The notes under the pieces: generated by a model | Databases searched by the model: none | Told to the model about the DNA's origin: nothing | Seen by the model: the letters and a program-made list of their open reading frames with translations, nothing else | Origin: an uncultured delta proteobacterium | GTDB taxonomy: Bacteria > Desulfobacterota > Desulfobacteria > Desulfobacterales > B30-G6 | Assembly: GCA_963848165.1 (NCBI GenBank) | Contig: CAWKCS010000020.1 | Span: 41,180 to 105,179, forward strand | Length of the DNA stretch: 64,000 bases | Direction: 5' to 3' | Part shown: piece after piece, positions 23,339 through 33,020 of the stretch | Numbering within the stretch: position 1 is the stretch's first letter | How the letters are laid out: each line of letters starts with the position of its first letter | Position numbers and translations under genes: made by a program

Positions 23339-23992
23339 ATGATTCGTCATAAGAATGGACCTTCCGAGAAGAAGACGCAGTGTACGCGTTGTGGTATCTG
23401 CTGTGAAAAAGGAGGCCCCTCCTTTCACATCCAGGATCGGCGTCTCATCGAGGACGGGACCATTCACACACGCTATCTTTATACCATCCGCAAGGGAGAA
23501 CTCGTGCATGACAATGTTCAGGGACATCTCAAACCGGCCGATTCCGACATTATCAAGATCAAGGGCAAAAGCCCTTCATGGGAATGTGTGTTCTTTCAAA
23601 AAAGAGATACATCCTGCCGCATATATGCCCATCGGCCCCTGGAGTGCCGCTTGTTGAAATGTTGGGACACACGGGATATCGAGATCGTCTATGAAAAAGA
23701 CAGGTTGACGCGCCGGGATATTCTGGCCGGGATAGAGGGGCTGTGGGAACTCGTGGCGGGACATGAGAAGCAATGTGGTCATGATGTGATCAACCGTGCA
23801 CTTCAGGATTCTGATGGGGTGTTCAAAAAACAGGCCCGGGAGTTGATAGCCAATGCCATTCAATATGACAGGGCCATTCGTCAGCTGGTTCTGGAAAACG
23901 GCAATGTCACACCCGATATGATCGATTTCCTGTTTGGGCGGCCCCTCACGGTGACGCTCAGATCCGCGGGCATCGACACGGATAAGCTATAA
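23339..23992 (+). CDS. YkgJ-family Cys-cluster protein (putative Zn/Fe-chelating domain)
   Basis: Motifs CTRCGICCEKGGP and CRIYAHRPLECRLLKCW. Start is placed at the ATG 23339, because the upstream 95 codons of the track ORF are encoded by a repeat element. Confidence 0.65.
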   Translation: MIRHKNGPSEKKTQCTRCGICCEKGGPSFHIQDRRLIEDGTIHTRYLYTIRKGELVHDNVQGHLKPADSDIIKIKGKSPSWECVFFQKRDTSCRIYAHRPLECRLLKCWDTRDIEIVYEKDRLTRRDILAGIEGLWELVAGHEKQCGHDVINRALQDSDGVFKKQARELIANAIQYDRAIRQLVLENGNVTPDMIDFLFGRPLTVTLRSAGIDTDKL

Positions 23993-24108
23993 GCTATATG
24001 CTTTAAGCTAGTCTAAGCAAGCTAAAGGCTTATCGCTTAAAGCTTACTGCTTATCGCTTTTTTGCCACCCTCGGACCCTCGAATCCTGGATCCCTCGAAC
24101 CCTTCATC
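23990..24108. repeat. composite spacer (AGCT palindrome plus C-rich tail)
   Basis: TAAGCTATATGCTTTAAGCTAGTCTAAGCAAGCTAAAGGCTTATCGCTTAAAGCTTACTGCTTATCGC followed by CACCCTCGGACCCTCGAATCCTGGATCCCTCGAACCCTTC. Confidence 0.75.
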
Positions 24109-24112
24109 GTCA

Positions 24113-24220
24113 TATATAGGGGTTGTCAGAAAAACGTTTCGATTGAGGACCTTTTTTCTGCTCCAACCCCTTATGCCGCCATCCTATTTTCGGAACATTA
24201 TTATTACAAGCGGTATATTT
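24113..24220 (-). repeat. ~106-bp element (copy 2, inverted relative to 18469-18575)
   Basis: See 18469-18575. Its end supplies the last five codons and the stop (EIYRL*) of the nitrilase-family gene. Confidence 0.9.
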
Positions 24221-25013
24221 CCGGTCTTCTGTTGGGAAGGAAAAAATGCATGCGGTTGCTGCGGATCGTGTCAAAGGTCTCGGCCTTGAGATCCACGAGT
24301 ATCATTGTCTCCCTGCTGCTGAGACTTTGTCCGATAATGTTTCCGGCCGGATCTAAAACCACGGCATTTCCAGGGAACGTGAGGCCTTTTCCGTTGTAAC
24401 CCGTTTGGTTGCATGCAACCACAAAGACACTGTTGTCAAAAGCCCTGGCGGTCAGGTGGCGCATCCAGGACCGGTGTTTATCTATGGCCAATCCCCTGGG
24501 GGAGGCGTGTGGCAGAAAGAGGATTTCAGCGCCCTTGATGGCCATTTTCGTGCTGAGCTCAGGAAAGTGCGTATCATAGCATAGCTGAACGCCAAAAGTA
24601 GATTCCTTGAAAGTAAAGATCGGGATGGTATTTCCCGGGCTGTAGATCTCTTTTTCGGGTGGTGCGATGTGACTCTTCCGGTAAGTCCCCAATTCACCAT
24701 CCGGCATGGCGATCATGTGGGTGGCATAGATCCGGCCGTCATTTCCTTTTTCCGCCATGCCGGCCAAAATGAGAAGATCATTTGAAGCGGCCATAGTGGA
24801 AAGTGCTTCACTGACAGGGCCTGGAATCGGTTCTGCAATACCTGGAAGATCCGCATGATTGCTGTATCCGGTAATGTTCAACTCCGGGAAGCAGATAATG
24901 TCTGCTGCAGCGTTCCGGGCTTTTTTGACAAAGGCGATCACTTTGTCCAGATTCTGTCGGGTCTTTCCGACCCTGGCATTGCAGACCACAACCGCGATAC
25001 GAAGATCTTTCAC
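24204..25013 (-). CDS. carbon-nitrogen hydrolase (nitrilase-superfamily amidohydrolase)
   Basis: 269 aa. The Glu-Lys-Cys triad context is present: ICFPELNITGY, TYRKSHIAPPE, GVQLCYDTHFPE. Confidence 0.8.
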   Translation of the reverse strand: MKDLRIAVVVCNARVGKTRQNLDKVIAFVKKARNAAADIICFPELNITGYSNHADLPGIAEPIPGPVSEALSTMAASNDLLILAGMAEKGNDGRIYATHMIAMPDGELGTYRKSHIAPPEKEIYSPGNTIPIFTFKESTFGVQLCYDTHFPELSTKMAIKGAEILFLPHASPRGLAIDKHRSWMRHLTARAFDNSVFVVACNQTGYNGKGLTFPGNAVVLDPAGNIIGQSLSSRETMILVDLKAETFDTIRSNRMHFFLPNRRPEIYRL

Positions 25014-27877
25014 GCCATTACTTCCTTGATTTTGATGGAGAGATCTTTCATGCCGTATGGTTTTTGCAGGAATCCACGAAAGCCCATGTCCATAATTTTT
25101 TTCCCTTGTTCGTCCAGGCTGTAGCCACTTGACAATATGGCTTTTATATTCGGATTGATTTTTTTCAAACGGACAAAGACGTCACTGCCGGTCATACCGG
25201 GCATAATCATATCCAGAATAGCCAGGTCGATGTCATTCCTGTGCGCCGTGTACGTGTCTAAGGCGTCTTGACCGTTATCAACCGGCAGGACCTTATATCC
25301 CAGGGCTGTAAGCATTTCTGAACCGACCTTGAGCAGGCTGGTCTCGTCGTCCACCAGCAGTATGGTCCCCCTGCCGTGGTTGATAGACACGTTGGCCTCT
25401 TTGGTCCGGCCTGAAATTTTGTCTGATGCCGGCAGATAGGCTCTGATGCGGGTTCCCTTTCTCTCTTCCGATGCGACGGTAATATACCCCTTGCAGGACT
25501 GGATGATGCCATAAACGGATGCCAATCCCAGCCCCGTACCCTTGCCCATTTTTTTTGTTGTGAACAAGGGGTCGAACATGCGTTTCTGAATTTCAGGGCT
25601 CATGCCGATGCCTGTGTCCGAAACCTCGATGAGGATATAGGTTCCGGATTTCGGTCTGAAATTTTCTTCGAAAATCTCTTTGGCGGGTTTTCGGTCCGCC
25701 TTGATGGTCAGAGTGCCGCCGTTGGGCATGGCATCTGCCGAATTCACGAACAGGTTGAAGAGAACCTGTTCCAGCTGGGTACGATCCGCTTCAATGATCA
25801 GCTCGCTCTCCGGAAGGTGTACATCCAGAGTGATTTCCTTGCGGGTTCTTCCAAAAGCCTGTACACTTTCATTCATTACGCGCACAATATCGAGGGGCTT
25901 GACTTCATAACTGCCTTTTCTGGCATAACCGAGGAATTGACTTGTTAATTTGGCACCACTGTCCACCTGCTGATCGATATTCTGGATCCTGGCCATGATG
26001 GGGTGGTCGGCATCGAAATCGAGTCTCATCAGGGATAGATTGCCCTTAATGACGGCAAGAAGGTTGTTGAAGTCGTGTGCGATGCCCCCTGCAAGGGTGC
26101 CGATGGCTTCCATTTTCTGCGCTTGAAGTAGCTGGGCTTCAAGGCGTTTGTTCTCGGAGATATCCCTTATGATGAGAAGCAGGCCCAGGGGGTCGCCATT
26201 GTGGTCGTCATAGCGGGACGCGCTGATGAGAACATCCAGAAGGCGCCCCTCCTTGGTGGTGCATTTTGATGTAAGTCCACGATGGGGCTTCCCGTTTTCG
26301 GCGACCTCCCTGATCATTGAATGGCAGGTCTCGTACTCGGGCTTGGATATAAATGTGAATGGCGAACCCTGCAGTTCTGTGATGGACCACCCGAATACAT
26401 TTTCGAATTCGGGGCTGATATATTTGATGTGTCCGGCCAGGTCGCAGGTGGCAATGGCGTCCGCTGATGAATGGATCAAGGAACGGTACAGTTGTTCGTC
26501 CTGTTTCGATTCCTTATAGAGTTTTCTGAACTCCTTTTCGCTTTCCTGGAGTTTTTTAAAGGAATCGGCATTGGCGATTCCTGCTGAGATCTGCGATGCA
26601 ATTCCATTTAGAATGCCGATGTCACTCTTGGTCAGCGGCTTTTGAGAATTCCAGTTGTCCACAGCCAGAATACCGAAATCCTTCTGGTTGTACACGAGGG
26701 GAACACAGATAAAGGAGGGGGATGCAATGGTTTCGGCAAAGACCTTGCTGCCCGTGGAGAGGGAGGAAATGATTTTGTCGACATCGTCCACAAGAAACGG
26801 TTTCCGCTCCTTTACGGCCTTTACAAACGGCCCCTTGGATTTGGGGTTGTTCAAGTTGAACCGGGCCTGCTTCAACATCTTTAACTGTTCTTGGGTATGC
26901 CCGTAGCTTGCCACATATTCCAGGGTGCTGGAATCATCTCGTATCAACATGATTATCGCCCTGTCAAAATTCAAGCGTTTTTGCATGATGGGGATGACCC
27001 TGTGGATCAAGCGATTCACATCCAGGATTGCCGACGATTCAGAAGAAATCTCCTGGATTACGGACATGTCATTGTAGCGCGCATTGGCGGCGTTGAGGAG
27101 GTCTTTGGCCGAATTTCCCTGGGAGGTGATGGTTCGGGCTAACTCCCTGTTCTTCAAATGGATAGCCTTGCAGTAGGCCGCGAGTGTCACCAGGCCGGAC
27201 ACCAGGAACAGTATCAATGTAGGTGTCATCGAAAACGCCAGACCAGCGACAGCGGTCAAAAACAGGGTCGCCAGAAGTGCATATTTGCTGATACGGGTCC
27301 AGAGAGTCGACTGGGTTGTTTTCCACGATATCATGTAAAGACAGGCATCGTCCCCCCGGTGATAGCATTCCGGATGCTCGATTGTGGCAAAATCGTCGGT
27401 AAAGAGTTTCGGCAAGGACTCGAGCGTTCCCATACGGTTGGCACACTGATAGGGTTTTTCCTCCACACCGTTGTTGGGTGTGGCTTTGAGTTGTACCTGG
27501 TTGGAACTGATGCTCTTTGTCTCGATGCGGGCGCCGCGGCTCATGATGCGGTAGAGCTTGCCGGTGGCAAGGTACACCATGGCAGGGCTCATGAGCCCCA
27601 TGGTGTATTCTTTTACCGCGCCGATTTTTTTGGAGAGAATGGTATACCTGCCGGCCTCCCTGGCAAGATTCGGGTTACCGGTTTTTTCAACCATAATTTC
27701 ATGAAGCCGGTCAACCTGGACCTGGGTCAACCAGTGAGCAGGGTCTTCCACTTCATAGTTTTTTATCCCGGCATACTCAAGAAGGGGGGGGATTTCCAGT
27801 TCAGGGTAATTACTGGAGATATATTCCAGATAGGTATTTGAGATACGGCTGTTGTAGAGGGGTGTGTTGTTGTCCAT
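25010..27877 (-). CDS. hybrid sensor histidine kinase (N-terminal sensor, 2 TM, GAF, PAS, HisKA, HATPase, REC)
   Basis: H-box GGIAHDFNNLLAVIKG, G-boxes DTGIGM and GTGLGL, C-terminal receiver ILLVDDE...LAILDMIMPGMTG. Start is placed at MDNNTPLY (27877), because the longer track ORF overlaps the upstream gene. Confidence 0.85.
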   Translation of the reverse strand: MDNNTPLYNSRISNTYLEYISSNYPELEIPPLLEYAGIKNYEVEDPAHWLTQVQVDRLHEIMVEKTGNPNLAREAGRYTILSKKIGAVKEYTMGLMSPAMVYLATGKLYRIMSRGARIETKSISSNQVQLKATPNNGVEEKPYQCANRMGTLESLPKLFTDDFATIEHPECYHRGDDACLYMISWKTTQSTLWTRISKYALLATLFLTAVAGLAFSMTPTLILFLVSGLVTLAAYCKAIHLKNRELARTITSQGNSAKDLLNAANARYNDMSVIQEISSESSAILDVNRLIHRVIPIMQKRLNFDRAIIMLIRDDSSTLEYVASYGHTQEQLKMLKQARFNLNNPKSKGPFVKAVKERKPFLVDDVDKIISSLSTGSKVFAETIASPSFICVPLVYNQKDFGILAVDNWNSQKPLTKSDIGILNGIASQISAGIANADSFKKLQESEKEFRKLYKESKQDEQLYRSLIHSSADAIATCDLAGHIKYISPEFENVFGWSITELQGSPFTFISKPEYETCHSMIREVAENGKPHRGLTSKCTTKEGRLLDVLISASRYDDHNGDPLGLLLIIRDISENKRLEAQLLQAQKMEAIGTLAGGIAHDFNNLLAVIKGNLSLMRLDFDADHPIMARIQNIDQQVDSGAKLTSQFLGYARKGSYEVKPLDIVRVMNESVQAFGRTRKEITLDVHLPESELIIEADRTQLEQVLFNLFVNSADAMPNGGTLTIKADRKPAKEIFEENFRPKSGTYILIEVSDTGIGMSPEIQKRMFDPLFTTKKMGKGTGLGLASVYGIIQSCKGYITVASEERKGTRIRAYLPASDKISGRTKEANVSINHGRGTILLVDDETSLLKVGSEMLTALGYKVLPVDNGQDALDTYTAHRNDIDLAILDMIMPGMTGSDVFVRLKKINPNIKAILSSGYSLDEQGKKIMDMGFRGFLQKPYGMKDLSIKIKEVMA

Positions 27878-27881
27878 TTTC

Positions 27882-28337
27882 CTATAGATTGAAATGCGCT
27901 TTGATCTTAAAGACGCGCGTTGCCGGTAGGTTGAGTATCTCTTCAATACCTGTTTCCTCGGCAATCCGTTGAAGATTGAGTTTGATCTCTTCACGGGAGG
28001 GAGCAATAAAGGTGAACCAGATATTGAAGTGGTTGTTACGCTGGTAGTTATGGGTCACGCCCGGGTATTGATTGACGATTGCGGTAAAGTGCTGGATTTT
28101 ATCCTGTGGGACGGATGCGGCACAGAGGGTACTGACATAGCCTAGTTTTTCCGGGACAAAATTTCCACCAATCCGCCGTATGAGACCTTGTTTTCGCATT
28201 CTGGATACCCGTTTCAGGACATCTGTTTCCTGCAGATTGAGACGATCGGCCACTGCGCGGTACGGGCTATGGGTAATGGGGAAGTCGGATTGTATCCGGT
28301 TCAGAATTTTTTTGTCGATATCGTCAAGTGGTGGCAT
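27882..28337 (-). CDS. Lrp/AsnC-fold siroheme decarboxylase subunit (AhbA/AhbB, NirDLGH-like)
   Basis: 151 aa. DKKILNRIQSDFPITHSPYRAVADRLNLQETDVLKRVSRMRKQGLIRRIG...GVTHNYQRNNHFNIWFT matches the alternative heme biosynthesis proteins of sulfate reducers. Confidence 0.7.
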   Translation of the reverse strand: MPPLDDIDKKILNRIQSDFPITHSPYRAVADRLNLQETDVLKRVSRMRKQGLIRRIGGNFVPEKLGYVSTLCAASVPQDKIQHFTAIVNQYPGVTHNYQRNNHFNIWFTFIAPSREEIKLNLQRIAEETGIEEILNLPATRVFKIKAHFNL

Positions 28338-28405
28338 GTTAGCTGTTCAATCCTTAATTTCAACGCTGCACTATTCTATAGCAAGATGCTGTATCACTAT
28401 CGTTT

Positions 28406-28470
28406 GAGCCGTAAGCTGTAAGCCATAAGCTATAAGCTGCTTACGGCTTATAGCTTATAGCTTAGAGCTG
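28406..28470. repeat. AGCT-type palindromic spacer
   Basis: GAGCCGTAAGCTGTAAGCCATAAGCTATAAGCTGCTTACGGCTTATAGCTTATAGCTTAGAGC. Confidence 0.75.
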
Positions 28471-28853
28471 ATCCGCATATGCAGCTTCCGGGTTCGTGGT
28501 CCATCGAATTCACAGAAAAATATTCCCTGCCACGTTCCCAGCACCAGCTGTCCGTTCTCAATGGCAATCATCTCCGAAGCGCCCACCAGTGTTGATTTGA
28601 TATGTGCCGGTGAATTCCCCTCCAGATGACGATAGCCTGCTTTCCAGGGAATGACCTGGTTGAGCACCATCAATATGTCTGATGGGACACTTGGGTCGGC
28701 ACTTTCGTTGATTGTTACCGCGGCAGTGGTGTGAGGGACGTAAAGAAAACAGAATCCATCCTGGATATCATGGGATTGTAGCGCTGTCCTTATCTTGGTG
28801 GTAATATCGATGAGTTCTGTCTGCTGTTTTGTTTTGATAGTCAGGATCATCAC
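28455..28853 (-). CDS. YjbQ/UPF0047 family protein
   Basis: 132 aa with VPHTTAAVTINESADPSV...HLEGNSPAHIKSTLVG...LGTWQGIFFCEFDGPRTR. Confidence 0.75.
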   Translation of the reverse strand: MMILTIKTKQQTELIDITTKIRTALQSHDIQDGFCFLYVPHTTAAVTINESADPSVPSDILMVLNQVIPWKAGYRHLEGNSPAHIKSTLVGASEMIAIENGQLVLGTWQGIFFCEFDGPRTRKLHMRISSKL

Positions 28854-28872
28854 ATCTCCAACGGGCTATCAC

Positions 28873-28909
28873 AACAAAAAAAAGGCTCTGCAGGAGCTGC
28901 AGAGCCTTT
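28873..28909 (-). terminator. rho-independent terminator of dsrC and end of redox operon A
   Basis: On the minus strand: AAGGCTCTGCAG-ctc-CTGCAGAGCCTT followed by T8. Confidence 0.85.
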
Positions 28910-28952
28910 GTCATGAACAAATACAGTCAATCGATCGTTACCGATCAGGTGC

Positions 28953-29270
28953 TTATACACACCCGGTTGGCTTCGGAAGACCGGCCATCTTACATGCTCC
29001 CTTGCCTGGTCCTGACGGGAAGAGCTCATAGATGTGTTTCAGTTTGAATCCGGTCACTTTTGAAAGAACACGAACCATCGGGGCAATCCCGTTTTTCTCA
29101 TAGTACTCCCTGAGAACCGTGATGACCTTCTGGTGTTCATCATTCAATTCTTCGATACCTTCTTCTTTCTTTACCAACTGAACCCATTCTTGACTCCAGT
29201 TTTCATAGGAATCAATGAATCCATCTTCGTCAACACCAAATGTTTTACCCATAAATTCTACGTCCGGCAT
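28953..29270 (-). CDS. dsrC: DsrC (dissimilatory sulfite reductase gamma/TusE-family sulfur carrier) with both conserved C-terminal cysteines
   Basis: 105 aa ending ...GKGACKMAGLPKPTGCV, the canonical DsrC C-terminal arm. Confidence 0.9.
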   Translation of the reverse strand: MPDVEFMGKTFGVDEDGFIDSYENWSQEWVQLVKKEEGIEELNDEHQKVITVLREYYEKNGIAPMVRVLSKVTGFKLKHIYELFPSGPGKGACKMAGLPKPTGCV

Positions 29271-29348
29271 TTAACAACCCTCCTTTATTTGATAATAGAT
29301 TTTCTTCTGCAGGTCTTTTTTAGACCTTAATATTTTTAGGAAGAATAT

Positions 29349-29377
29349 TTAATAAATGATAAGCGAATCATTGTCAA
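29349..29377 (-). promoter_or_regulatory. candidate strong sigma70 promoter in front of dsrC
   Basis: The minus strand reads TTGACA-17 nt-TATTAA, about 80 nt upstream of the dsrC ATG, inside the 137-nt AT-rich spacer after the preceding gene. Confidence 0.6.
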
Positions 29378-29407
29378 CACGAAAAATAGGGATACCGTAT
29401 CCTTAAG

Positions 29408-30262
29408 TTAATATTCTTTGGGGGTTTGGTTGATCTGATCCAGTGTAAACACGGGTCCATCCTTGCACACCAGCTCTTTGCCGATACCGCAGCGGCCACA
29501 CATGCCGAAACCACATTTCATTCGATTCTCCAGGGACATGATGATGTGGTCATGGGCATAGCCTAATTTTTCGAGCACCGGCAGCGTAAATTTAATCATA
29601 ACCGGCGGACCACAGACAATTGCGTAGGTATCATCATCGCCCTGGGGCGCTTTCTGTTCCGTTACCGGGGGGGTAAAACCCACATTGTATTGCCACCCTT
29701 CGGCAGGGGCATCGATGGTGAGATGCATGTTGATATCGTCCCGTTTTTCCCATTCGATCAGTTCGTCTTTGTACAGCAGCATTCCAGGTGTCCTGGCACC
29801 GTAAACGACATCGATATTTCCGAATTTCGACCGGTTATCAGGATTCAGCATGGTGACGATGGAAGAGCGAAGGGTTGTGAATGCAAAACCGCCACCGACG
29901 ATCAGAATATTTTTTCCTTCTAAAAGATCCCAGGGATACCAGTTTCCCAGGGGACCGCGCAGGCCCATGATGTCGCCGACCTTCATGTTGTGAAGATGCG
30001 ATGTCACCACACCGGCTTTAAATACGGTGAATTTTACAAAACCCTTTTCAACCGGCGAAGAAGCGATGCCAATGGGGATTTCCCCGATACCCGCCACGGA
30101 AAGTTCCGCAAACTGACCGGCCTGGTAGGAAAATTTTTCCTCATCACCGTCATTCAAAAATACAAACTTGAATGTTTTCAAACTTTTATCTTCGGTCGCA
30201 ACTGCTATGTCATCGATACGAACCGGATAAGGTACATATGGATTTTGCACGTGTTCCTCCAT
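29408..30262 (-). CDS. FAD/NAD(P)-binding 2Fe-2S oxidoreductase subunit (PyrK/HydG/AsrB/FlxA-like)
   Basis: 284 aa. FNR-like fold (FKFVFLN...GQFAELSV...LRGPLGN...ILIVGGGFAFT) and C-terminal cluster motif KCGFGMCGRCGIGKELVCKDGP. Confidence 0.75.
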   Translation of the reverse strand: MEEHVQNPYVPYPVRIDDIAVATEDKSLKTFKFVFLNDGDEEKFSYQAGQFAELSVAGIGEIPIGIASSPVEKGFVKFTVFKAGVVTSHLHNMKVGDIMGLRGPLGNWYPWDLLEGKNILIVGGGFAFTTLRSSIVTMLNPDNRSKFGNIDVVYGARTPGMLLYKDELIEWEKRDDINMHLTIDAPAEGWQYNVGFTPPVTEQKAPQGDDDTYAIVCGPPVMIKFTLPVLEKLGYAHDHIIMSLENRMKCGFGMCGRCGIGKELVCKDGPVFTLDQINQTPKEY

Positions 30263-30317
30263 CTATTCAAATTATTTAAAACGCATCTTACGAAATTGCA
30301 ACATATCGAGATAATAA

Positions 30318-31382
30318 TTACTTCTGTACCGCGCAGGCCGGTTCATCCGCTTTATAAGCATTCATCAAAGCACAAACGCTTCGGATGTCGATGTTGACCG
30401 GGCACTGGTTGACACACCGGCCGCAACCGACACACATGATGCCCTGGTCGTATTTGTCTGCAAAATACTTCAATTTATGCATAAACCGCTGCCGGACCCG
30501 CTGAAGCTTTGTGCCCCGGGGGTTATGCCCGGTGGTATGCAGGGTAAAGAGCGGGAACATACAGCTGTCCCAGTTCTTGAAGCGTTTCCCGGACTTGCCG
30601 CGAACTTCGTCCTGAAGATCGAAACACCAGCAGGTGGGACAGGTGTAGGTACAGGTGCCGCAGTTGAGACAGGCAAATGAGACCTCTTCCCAGAAAGAAG
30701 CTCCATGCAGATCCAGGATGTCCTGACCTTTTAAATTGTCCGTTGCGATGGTGGATGTGATTTTGGCTTCCGCTGCTTTCTTTTTTGCGTCGAAAAGCGT
30801 TGTGTCTTCATCGGCTGTGTCCAGACCTGCGGCGTCGAGGAATTTCTGGCCTTTCTCGGTCAAAATCTTGATCAGATATGTTTTTCCTTCATCCACAAGG
30901 AGCAGGTCGAGACCTTCCTCATGATAGGGGCCGCAACCTACGGAGGTACAGAAGCAGGTGCTTTTTGGCGTATCACAGGCCAGACCGATGAATGTGGTAG
31001 CTGCCAATGTTTTGACCCAATAGGGATCCTTGTACTCGGGTGTATCGAAATTGAGATTCACCAGGGTCACGGCTTTGGCGTCACAGGGTCGAATACCCAG
31101 AACCGCCCGGGGAGACGCATCCGTCTCAATGGCTTTCATGATATGGTGATCCTCATCACGCGGATCAAGGGAATATTCAACAATGGCTTCGGATTGCGGG
31201 AAAAGAAGTGATTTGGGTGACAAGCGCGTATTCAGAAACGAAAAATCGGCTTCTTCACCTTTTTTGAGCTCCTTGAAACTATAATAGGTATCTTCCTTGA
31301 CCGGTCCCAACAATCGGAAGGATTTTCTCAGGATATTCAATCCTTCTGCCCACTGTTTTTTATCGATTTTTACTAATTTCAT
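30318..31382 (-). CDS. 4Fe-4S dicluster subunit (AsrA/sulfhydrogenase-beta/FlxB-like)
   Basis: 354 aa with CLNCGTCTYTCPTCWCF and CVGCGRCVNQCPVNID. Paired with the PyrK-like gene, as in AsrAB/HydBG/FlxAB. Confidence 0.65.
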   Translation of the reverse strand: MKLVKIDKKQWAEGLNILRKSFRLLGPVKEDTYYSFKELKKGEEADFSFLNTRLSPKSLLFPQSEAIVEYSLDPRDEDHHIMKAIETDASPRAVLGIRPCDAKAVTLVNLNFDTPEYKDPYWVKTLAATTFIGLACDTPKSTCFCTSVGCGPYHEEGLDLLLVDEGKTYLIKILTEKGQKFLDAAGLDTADEDTTLFDAKKKAAEAKITSTIATDNLKGQDILDLHGASFWEEVSFACLNCGTCTYTCPTCWCFDLQDEVRGKSGKRFKNWDSCMFPLFTLHTTGHNPRGTKLQRVRQRFMHKLKYFADKYDQGIMCVGCGRCVNQCPVNIDIRSVCALMNAYKADEPACAVQK

Positions 31383-31450
31383 AATCAGTTGCCTTTAAAT
31401 AGGTTTTTGACTCGTATTCCAGCTGTTTTGTATTGATGTTTAATCCGTGT

Positions 31451-31505
31451 TTGAAGATTCCTCGCAGCAAGCTACGAGGAATGCACTCGCTTTTTCAGTT
31501 CAAAT
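31451..31505. repeat. short copy of the 8574-family element (core only)
   Basis: TTGAAGATTCCTCGCAGCAAGCTACGAGGAATGCACTCGCTTTTTCAGTTCAAA. Confidence 0.75.
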
Positions 31506-31549
31506 CATAAGAGCTGCAAAGCGGCGTTCCATATATCGTGAAACGATAA

Positions 31550-32498
31550 TCACTTAACAAAATCATTGGGATCATCCGGCCGGTATGTATCAAGGGGGGG
31601 CCTTTCATCGAGGCTCATCCCGGCTTCCCAGCCGAACTGTTCGAAACAGTCTTTTTCCAACTTTTTGGTAAACACCCGCATGTTGATTCCCACCGGGCAG
31701 GCACGTTCGCATGCCCCGCAATCGGTACATCGTCCGGCACAGTGAAAGGCCCTTAAGAAATGAAACGTTCGCACGTCCGCGGGATCCTGTCCTTTGCCCA
31801 CCCACTGGGGTTTGGCTTCATCCACGAAGCATGTGGGGCAATAGCAGAGAGGACAGGCATTTCTGCAGGCATAGCAGCGGATGCAGGGTGACAGGAGCGA
31901 TTCAAAATAATCCCATTTCTCCTGGGTCGCCATGGCTTCAATCTCTCGCACATCCGCATACCGGTCCACACCTTGTTGTTCCTCGACCTTTTCCGCCACG
32001 AGCTCGTCATAAAAGACGGGATTGCGGTGGGTACAGACCGCACAGTTTTTCTGCAGGACGTCCGATTTGTTCAGGGTTTTTTCCTTGCCGCCTGCCTTCA
32101 CCTGGACTTTTATCCCCATTTTCAGTCACATCCTGAATTTCATCCGCAAACAGGGAGGCAATTTTGTGCTTGTCGATCATGCCCTTGCAGGGGACACCGA
32201 TCACCACGAGCTGCTCCCGGCTGATTTTGTTTTCGATAATATGGGTTGCGATATTTCTCGTGTCGCAGCCCTTGGCGACAATACCGATTCTTTCTTTGCG
32301 GTTGGTCAGGTAGTTGGCCAGGTTGATACCGCAGTTGCTGTCCCAGACAAACCGGCCGACATCCTCGGGCGTTCTGGCAAAACAGGGCTCATTCATCATG
32401 GGCAGGGTTCCCTTGCGGAATCCGATCACCATCTCCACCGAACAGTCTTTTAACAGGCGTTCGGAGATTTCTTTAATTTTATCTATATAATCTAACAT
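31550..32498 (-). CDS. Fe-S subunit (FrhB-like N-domain plus CX2CX2CX3CPxCYC dicluster; FlxC-like); apparent frameshift at the T-run 32108-32111
   Basis: ORF 32007-32498 (...KHKIASLFADEIQDVTENGDK) and ORF 31550-32119 (...IKVQVKAGGKEKTL...CIRCYACRNACPLCYCPTCF...CTDCGACERACPVG) join if the coding-strand run AAAA is AAAAA. Paralogous to 53695-54840. Confidence 0.6.
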
Positions 32499-32499
32499 G

Positions 32500-32931
32500 T
32501 TATGCTACCTTGGCGTCATTTTTTTTAAAGTGCTGTTGCGGTCCCAGGGCTTTAACTTTTTCGGTCACCTCTTTGACCACCTTTACAAACTTGGTGGATT
32601 CAGCCGAGGAGATCCAGGAGAAATGGATACGATCAGACTCGATGCCCATGTGTTCCATCAGGTTCATGAAAAGCGAAAATTTTCGACGAGCATAGTAATT
32701 ACCTTCCAGGTAATGGCATTCGCCGGGATGTCACCCGGACACCCAGACGCCGTCCGCACCTTCTCGAAGCGCGGCCAAGGCAAACTTGGGACTCATTCTA
32801 CCGGTACAGGGTATCCGGATGACCCGAATATTGGGGGGATACTCCATTCTGCTGACGCCGGCAAGGTCTGCGGCGCCGTAACTGCACCAGGTACAAAGGA
32901 AACTGACAATCTTCGGTTCCCATTCAGACAT
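32500..32931 (-). CDS. MvhD/FlxD-type subunit with in-frame UGA (selenocysteine) at 32731-32733
   Basis: [45 protein letters not shown]...[28 protein letters not shown]...[16 protein letters not shown]. The same frame continues for 76 codons after the TGA. The paralog at 54972-55397 has Cys at that position (VLVSGCNPGDCHY). Confidence 0.85.
32731..32733 (-). other. UGA recoded as selenocysteine (MvhD)
   Basis: In-frame TGA at a conserved Cys position, with conserved MvhD sequence on both sides. Confidence 0.8.
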
Positions 32932-33020
32932 TTCTTATCTCCTCTCTCAATTATCAACTTACTAATAACGATTGTATAACTTTAAAGATAGTATATCTTT
33001 TAAACTCTTAACAAACGCCA

